Assembly: GCA_038087875.1 (NCBI GenBank)
Contig: CM075977.1
Coordinates: forward strand, 23,498,001-23,562,000
Source of the DNA: Malacoraja senta
Taxonomy: Eukaryota
Reading direction: 5' to 3'
DNA length: 64,000 nt
In this document: positions 56,943-64,000 of the stretch, in pieces
Layout of the letters: each line of letters begins with the position of its first letter
Position numbering within the stretch: the stretch's first letter is position 1
The notes under the pieces: model-generated
The model's input: only the letters and a program-made list of their open reading frames with translations
Databases searched by the model: none
Told to the model about the DNA's origin: nothing
Program-made: the position numbers and the translations under genes

Positions 56943-59900
56943 AAAATGGCGCGGCCCTGTCCAGTAGCCGTTGTGGCAGCTCCGCGAAAACTGTGTGTGT
57001 TTTTAACTTTCATGTTCCTTTTTAACATTTCTAAGTTCTAACTCCCTAGTACTAACAAAGTATGACAGGGAAACCCTCTTTAATCTAAACTCTTGCGCAA
57101 ACGGAGACTTTTTAAATGCTGTACTTACCGATCCAGCGTGGCCAGCAGAGATCATCAAAGGGTGCTGCAACAACAACGAGAGCTCGGCTGCAAGGAAAAC
57201 CCGGAGAAAACATCGAGGTAAGCGGGGGGGGGGGGGGGGGTAATTCAGAATAGGCTGAGAGCCCAAGCCTTTCATCCCCCTCTGCCCAGCATTCTTCTGG
57301 CGAACGTCCAGTCACTGGAAAGCAAGCTGGATGACCTCAGGGCGAGGGTCAGATTCCAGAGGGACATAAGGGACTGCAACATCCACTGCCTGACCGAAAC
57401 ATGGCTGACCTCGCTGATTCCGGATCAGGTAATCTGCCCAACCGAGTCCTTCACTGTCTACCGTGCTGACAGAACAGAAGCATCTGGGAAATCCAAGGGT
57501 GGAGGAGTCTGCTTCATGACCAATAACAACTGGTGCAACCCTGGAAATATCAAGATGCTTTCCCGTTCCTGCTCGCCGGATTTGGAGCACCTGACGATCT
57601 CATGCCGCCCATTCTACCTTCCCCCGGGAGTTTGGCTCAGTGATCGTCACAGCCGTCTACATTCCACCGCATGCGGACACCGACGTGGCACTATCGGCCC
57701 TACACGATGTGCTATATCGACATCAAAACAAGTACCCGGATGCGGCTATGGTGGTGGCTGGAGATTTTAATAAATCAAATCTCAAGAAGGTCATGCCGAC
57801 CTTCTACCAACACATCACGTGTGCCACCAGGGGGGAAAGAACATTGGACCACTGCTATACGCCGTTCCGGAAGGGCTACAAGGCCGTTTCACTCCCTCCC
57901 CTAGGAAAATCTGACCCATGCTGCCATTTTCCTGCTGCCGGAGTATAAACAGAGGATAGTTCGGGAAGCGGTAGTGAAGAGGGACGTAAAGCGGTGATCC
58001 GACCAGTCAGAGGCCATGCTGCAAGATGCACTGACAGATGTCGACTGGAATATGTTCCAAGCAAGTTCCAGTGACGTCAGTGAGTTCGCGGAAGCAGTCA
58101 CGGACTTCATCGCAACAATAACCGACAACATCTTCCCCACGGTAAGTGTAAGCACCTTCCGAATCAAAACCCTGGGTAGACAGGTCCGTTCGTGTAGCCT
58201 TGAATGCTCGCACCGCTGCCTACAACTCGGGCCTGGCATCCGAAACATGGACGTCTACAAGGTAGAGTCCTACCGACTGCGAAGGGCGGTGAAGGACGCA
58301 AAAAGGAGGTACAGGGACAAGATGGCGTCACAGATGGAGCAGCAGGACACCAGACGCCTGTGGCAGGGGCTACGGACTGTAACCAACTACCGGAGGCCCC
58401 CCCCCCCCCCCCCCCACCCCCTCATCCGCAATTGCCGGCACTTCCCTAGCTGATGACCTGAACTCCTTTTACGCTCGTTTCGAGACGGGCAACACCACCC
58501 CAGGTCTGCCGACTATCGACAATACCGCCAGCGGGCTGGCTAACGAAGCTGAAGGGAGGAATGTGCACACATTCTCGTTGTCCGAGCACGATGTGAGGAG
58601 GGCTCTGACACGGGTGAACATGAGGAAAGCTGCAGGCCCCGATGACATCTCGGGGCGAGTACTTAAGTCCTGTGCTACGCAGCTAGCTCCGGTGCTCACT
58701 ACAATATTCAACCTCTCCCTGGACAAGTCCGTGGTCCCTGCCTGCTTCAAAAAATCCATCATTGTACCGTTACCTAAAAATGTCTCCCCAGCCTGTCTGA
58801 ATGACTACCGTCCGGTGGCCCTCACCTCGGTAGTCATGAAATGCTTTGAGAGGCTGGTGAAGAAACACATCTGTGCCTTCCTCCCTCGCAACATGGACCC
58901 GTTACAATTCGCATACCGTCCGAACAGATCCACGGACGATGCGGTCTCCCAGGTTTTGCACACTGCTCTCTCTCATCTTGACAGCCAGAAGGGGACTACG
59001 TGAGGATGCTGTTCATAGACTTCAGTTCAGCCTTCAACATGATAGTCCCCACCAGACTGGCCAAGAAGCTACTGGAATTAGGGCTCAACACCCCCCTGTG
59101 TGCCTGGGCCCTGGACTTTCTCACCGCCAGGCCCCAGATAGTCAAGATGGGAGGGAATACATCGAAGTCCCTCACCCTGAGCACAGGATCCCCCCAGGTT
59201 TGCGTCCTCGGCCCCCTATTGTGCTCCCTGTACACACATGACTGTGTGGCTAGGTTCAGCTCCAACTCGATAATCAAGTTTATGGTGGTGGGCCTGATCT
59301 CAGACAACGATGAGAAGGCCTACCGGGAGGAGGTGGCTGATCTGGCACTCTGGTGTCAGGACAACAGCCTCCTCTTGAACATCAAAACAACTAAGGAGCT
59401 GATCGTGGACTTTAGGAGGGCACATCATCCGAGGACGTACACACCATTGAGGATAAATGGGGATACTGTGGATAGGGTGAGCTGTTTTAAATACCTGGGA
59501 GTCCACATCTCTGAGGATATGACATGGACATCACACGCTGCAGCACTCGTGAGTAAGGCAAGGCAGCGCCTTTACCACCTCAGCCAATTGAGGAAATTCA
59601 GAGTGTCTCCGAGGATACTCCAGTGCTTCTACTCAGCGGCTGTGGGAAGCATCTTGTCCGGAAATATTACAATCTGGTTTGGGAATTGCTCTGCCCAGGA
59701 CAAGAAGGCTCTGCAGAGAGTAGTGCGTGCGGCCGAACGCACTATGGGAACTACACTCGCCCCTCTGCAGGAACTATACATCAGGAGGTGCAACTCCAGA
59801 GCCAATAAGATCATGGGAGACCCCTTCCACCCCAGCAACGGACTGTTCCAGCTGCTACGATCAGGCAAACGCCTCCGTTGCCATGCTGTGAGAACGGAGA

Positions 59901-60218
59901 GGTTGAGAAGGAGTTTCTTCCAGAGGCCATTTGGACTGTAAACTCCTATCTCACCAGGGACTAACTTTACTGTACCACTCTACTGTTTTTTTTAAAATTG
60001 CTGTTTTTTCCCTTTTTCCCTTTAAAAATTGCTGTTTTTTCCCTTTTTCCTTCCGCCCACAATATTTAATGTGTAAAAGAATATGTGATTCTGTTCCATT
60101 CTGTTTGTAGTTTGTTTGTTTGTTTGTTTTTTTGCACTAAGTCCGCGAGCATTGCCACTTTTCATTTCACTGCACATCTCATATGTGTATGTGACAAATA
60201 AACTTGACTTGACTTGAA
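56943..60218 (+). mobile_element. Rex1/Babar-clade LINE, near full length, decayed
   Basis: APE motifs LANVQSL..KLDDL, LTETWL, AGDFN, LDHCY; RT motifs [35 protein letters not shown]; tail AATAAACTTGACTTGACTTGA. Confidence 0.88.
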
Positions 60219-60472
60219 GACAGCCACTGGTTGGATTGGGTCTCCATTGGGACTTGTGTCTTACATGTTATTTTGGAATGGACAGTGAGTGGTGACAAGT
60301 TTTTGGTGACACCCAATGGATAAATCGCAAACAAGAAGAAGAATGTTGTCTCCCAAGGGTTGATTTCTCACTATCTATTGGGCAGACTTATCTGCCGAGG
60401 TTCCAAAAAGTGCTTCTGTTGGATGAAAGTGGAAGAGGGGCAGGCAACCTCCAGTCTCAGCATTGCACAAGG

Positions 60473-60580
60473 CAGACACAAAATGCTGGAGTAACTCAGT
60501 GAGACAGGCAGCATCTCTGGATAGAAGGAATGGGTGACGTGGGTAATGGGTAAACCAGCATCTGCAGTTCCTTCCTACAT
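60473..60580. mobile_element. Internally inverted copy of the hammerhead-family element
   Basis: Minus-orientation body (60473-60540) joined to a plus-orientation 3' end (TAAACCAGCATCTGCAGTTCCTTCCTACA); near-TSD ATTGCAC(A/G)AGG at 60462-72 and 60581-91. Confidence 0.7.
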
Positions 60581-60681
60581 ATTGCACGAGGTATTCAATT
60601 TGTTATTAATGTTGGGTATAGGTGGGCAAACTTTACAATATTATTTTCCATCGTCGTTTTCATGTTTGCTCTTGTTTTCAG

Positions 60682-60773
60682 TTAACGATGTGGTGAAATG
60701 TCTGAAATATTCAACCTTCCCCTGGTTAACCCCTGACAACGACAGACAGGCATGTTCTTCTGTCCAATGAGAG
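60682..60773 (+). CDS. RTTN: Rotatin coding exon 5 with an apparent +1 frameshift (VNDVVKCLKYSTFPWLT / LTTTDRHVLLSNE)
   Basis: Acceptor cttgttttcAG and donor AG|GTAGGT. VKCLKYSTFPWL lies in one frame and LTTTDRHVL.SNE in the next, separated by a C4 run at 60730-60733. As written, TGA at 60768 is in frame. Confidence 0.9.
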
Positions 60774-60888
60774 GTAGGTTTTAATAAGTTTTAATATAGA
60801 TATGAATGATTTGGGGAAACGAAAGGCGAACATTTTTGAAAATGTATGGTTTGGAGCGAATAGCTAATTGATGGACGCTTTCAGTCTG

Positions 60889-63620
60889 AACATAGAAACA
60901 GAAAACAGGTACAGGAGTAGGCCATTTGGTCCTTTGAGCCAACACCACCATTCAATATGATCATGGCTGATCATCTAAAGTCAGTACCCCATTCCTGCTT
61001 TTTCCCCACATCCCTTGATTCCTTTAGCCTTAAGCGCTAAATCTAACTCTCTCTTGAAAGAATCCAGTGAATTGGCCTCCACTGCCTTCTGTGGCAGAGA
61101 ATTCCACAGATTCACAACTCTCTGGGTGAAGAAGATTTTCCTCATCTCAGTCCTAAATGGCCTAACCCTTATTCTTAAACTGTGACCCCTGGTTCTGATC
61201 TCCCTGAACATTGGGAACATTTTCCCTGCATCTGGCCTGTCCAATCCTTTTAAGAATTTTATATGTTTCTATAAGATTCCCTCTCATCCTTTTAAACTCC
61301 AGTCAATACAAGCCCAGTAGACCCATTCTTTCATCATATGTCAGTCCCGCCATCCCGGGGAATTATCCTGGTGAACCTACGCCACACACCCTCAATAGCA
61401 ATAATGTCCTTCCTCAAATTGCACACTATACTCCAGGTGCGGTCTCACCAGGTCCCTGTACAACTGCAGTAGGACCTCCTTGCTCCTAAACTCAAATCCT
61501 CTCGCAATGAAGGTCAACATGCCATCAGCTTTCTTCACTGCCTGTTGTACCTGCATGCTTTTTCGCCTTCCTCCTCGCGGCCTTATAGCTGGCTTGGTGC
61601 GACCTTTCCCGGAGTCGGGCCCAGAGCTTCAGTGGCGGCGCAGAGGGGACTTTAACATCGTGGAGTTGGGCGACCCCTTGCCGGGGGTCGCCGGAGAAGC
61701 GCTCCAACTGCTGGCCTGTGGCCTGCAACATCTTGTAGCAATGTTACAAAATTTTGAGATTTAAAAAATAAAGTCTGCAATTTATCCCATCAGATAAAGC
61801 ATAAAAAGAAGTTTAATTTGACACTTAATTCACTTTCATATCTTCAGTATTAAAAAAGTTATGGCCATTATCATACTCAGAAATTAGCATCTAGTTCCCT
61901 ATTGCTTTTCCATTGACTTAACACAAAAGCTGTGATCGAGGACAGTTGAAAGCCCATAACTTTCTTAAAAATTATGGTAACTGAAAGAAATTTTCAGGTA
62001 TTATAGATTGAAGCATTCTGAAACAAATATGAAACAATCTTACTTCGAAGACATGAAAGTAAAGCATATAATTAGTTAGTTACCTAATTGTAGCTAATTA
62101 CAAAATTCAATTACTAGATCTAAACATCTATCAATTTCTTAAGAATAGATTAACATTTTTAAATAGCCTAAGTGTCCAAATAACATTCACACAATAATTC
62201 ACAATATAACATAATTTTTAAATCTAATTTTCATGAATTTACAGGCCAAATGGAAGGAATTGAATGTTTAATACCTGTAAATTAATGGGCATTTAATTCA
62301 TCTTGCGAGTGAGAATTTCTGGAACGCGATCTTTTGGAACGTTCATTTGCGGTGAATTTAACCCCGTATTGGCATGAAAAATACTGCCGTTAATTCGGGG
62401 AATAAAATCACCGTGTCGCATGACAAAATGTGAATTAAAGGCTTCTTAAGAAGCACTTTTATACATTTAAAGAAAGCACTTTTGTTTACCTGTCCATTGT
62501 GTGAAATCCGTCCCCGTTATTGGCGTTGACGCTTCAGGAGCTGCTTTTAAAATGACTGTAGCGCTGACATTGACGATTTAATTTAAAAAAAAAATTCACA
62601 AATCGCCGGTAGGAACGATTTTGTCAGCGAAGTTTTGTACTCCAACAAAATATTTCCAGGACAAGGGAGGAGAAACCGCGTTTTAACCCCGCCCCCCCCT
62701 TAAAGGCGCCAAAATCGCGCACACGGCCAGTGGCAGAATTACAGCGCGACTGAAGGTAAGTTTTGTAACATACCTACATCTTGGAGCCTCGGTCTGTGGA
62801 GCTTCTGGCGGCAGGCGTGTAGCGGACCTTTTATCGTGGAGCGGGCGATCTCTCGCCGAGGGGCGCCGGAGAAGAGCTCTGACCGCCGGCCTGCGGCCTA
62901 CAACATCTGGAATCCGCGGTCTCTGATAAGGAGGTGGCCGATTGGGAGCTCCGGGCCGTGGGGTGTGCTCGACCTGTCCTGACGTCGGCATTCCGACCAG
63001 AGGGCTTGAACATCGGGCCGTCCGTAGCGGCGACTACAGAGGATCGGGGCCCCGACCACGGGTGAACAAGGGAGGAGGAGGAGGACTGTCTGAACTGTAT
63101 TGCCTTCCACCACAGTGAAGAATGCTCTGATGGATGTCTGTTGAATTATGTTGTGTATTATGTACTTTTTTAATTGTAAAGCAGCATAGTAAATTACATT
63201 TCACTGCACCTTATGTGACAATTAAATTTGAACTTGAACTTACTTTCAGTGACTGATGTACAAGCACACCCAGGTCTTGTTGCACCTCCCCTTTTCCTAT
63301 TCTGACACCATTCAGATATTAATTTGCCTTCTTGCTACCTGACATTTATCCACATTATACTATGCATCTGTCCACTCACCCAACCTATCCAAGTCACCCT
63401 GCACACTCATAGCATCCTCATCGCAGCTCACACTGCCACCCAGCTTTGTGTCATCTGCAAACTTGGAGATGTCACATTTAATTCCCTCGTCCAAGTTGTC
63501 CATATATGTTGTAAATAAATGGGATCCCAGCACCGCTGCCATGCAGCACCCCACTAGTCACTGCCTGCCATTCTGAAAAGGACCCATTAATTCCTTCTCT
63601 TTGCTTCCTGTCTGCCGACT
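60889..63620 (-). mobile_element. CR1 LINE split by nested insertions (61561-63240)
   Basis: CR1 3' end at 60889-61560; the RT sequence resumes at 63241-63618 (GIKCDISKFADDTK). Confidence 0.85.
61736..62776. mobile_element. Non-autonomous TIR DNA transposon, unclassified
   Basis: Imperfect TIRs TAGCAATGTTACAAAA / TTTTGTAACATACCTA; duplicated target (A)CATCTTG; AT-rich and non-coding. Confidence 0.75.
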
Positions 63621-63795
63621 ATAGAAACATAGAAACATTTTGTGTAATGATGTGAAACAGCATAAGAAAAATATCCTTGCTTTCTGAACATGATTAATGG
63701 CCTAAATAGAAAATTATTGATTTAACTAAATAAAATGCACATTTTCAAATAATAAAAAGACATCTAATAACAACACTTGTTTTCAGATATAATAA

Positions 63796-64000
63796 CATAG
63801 AAACATAGAAAATAGGTGCAGGAGTAGGCCATTCGGCCCTTCGGGCCTGCACCGCCATTCAATATGATCATGGCTGATCATCCAACTCAGTATCCTGTAC
63901 CTGCCTTCTCTCCATACCCCCTGATCCCTTTAGCCACAAGGGCCACATCTAACTCCCTCTTAAATATAGCCAATGAACTGGCCTCAACTACCTTCTGTGG
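63796..64000 (-). mobile_element. Young CR1 3' end, continuing beyond the window
   Basis: CATAGAAACATAGAAAATAGGTGCAGGAGTAGGCC is the reverse complement of the CR1 3' UTR. Confidence 0.9.

Noticed and set aside
56943-60218. Intact, active Rex1 element
   Set aside because: It has several frameshifts and stops, and the catalytic (Y/F)ADD segment is missing (IIKF runs into MVVGLI near 59280).
60725-60740. Programmed ribosomal frameshift rescuing RTTN exon 5
   Set aside because: CCC-TGA is not in the incoming reading frame and no stimulatory element is evident; a sequence error or mutation is simpler.

Overview
This is vertebrate genomic DNA, inferred to be from a cartilaginous fish (probably a skate or ray) because of its repeat content: CR1 LINEs, V-domain tRNA SINEs and GIY-YIG Penelope-like elements. 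It contains three assembly gaps. The one host gene I can support is the 5' part of rotatin (RTTN, + strand): a CpG-rich promoter near 39.0-39.3 kb and five coding exons (39266-39296, 50026-50213, 53271-53466, 54964-55071, 60682-60773). Exon 5 carries an apparent 1-nt frameshift. A 2.7-kb G-rich satellite starts inside the exon-1 splice donor. The rest is nested transposons: CR1, Rex/Babar, Vingi-like, Penelope-like, L2-like tails, two Gypsy remnants, Tc1, non-autonomous Helitrons and an unclassified TIR element. The most interesting signal is two classes of tiny mobile elements flanked by target-site duplications (TSDs) and built around self-cleaving ribozyme folds. The first is a young, multi-copy ~90-bp Penelope-derived element carrying a minimal type-I hammerhead. 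The second is a ~135-bp element whose first 54 nt fold into a minimal HDV/CPEB3-like double pseudoknot starting exactly at the TSD boundary. All family assignments come from motif recognition by eye; no database searches were run.
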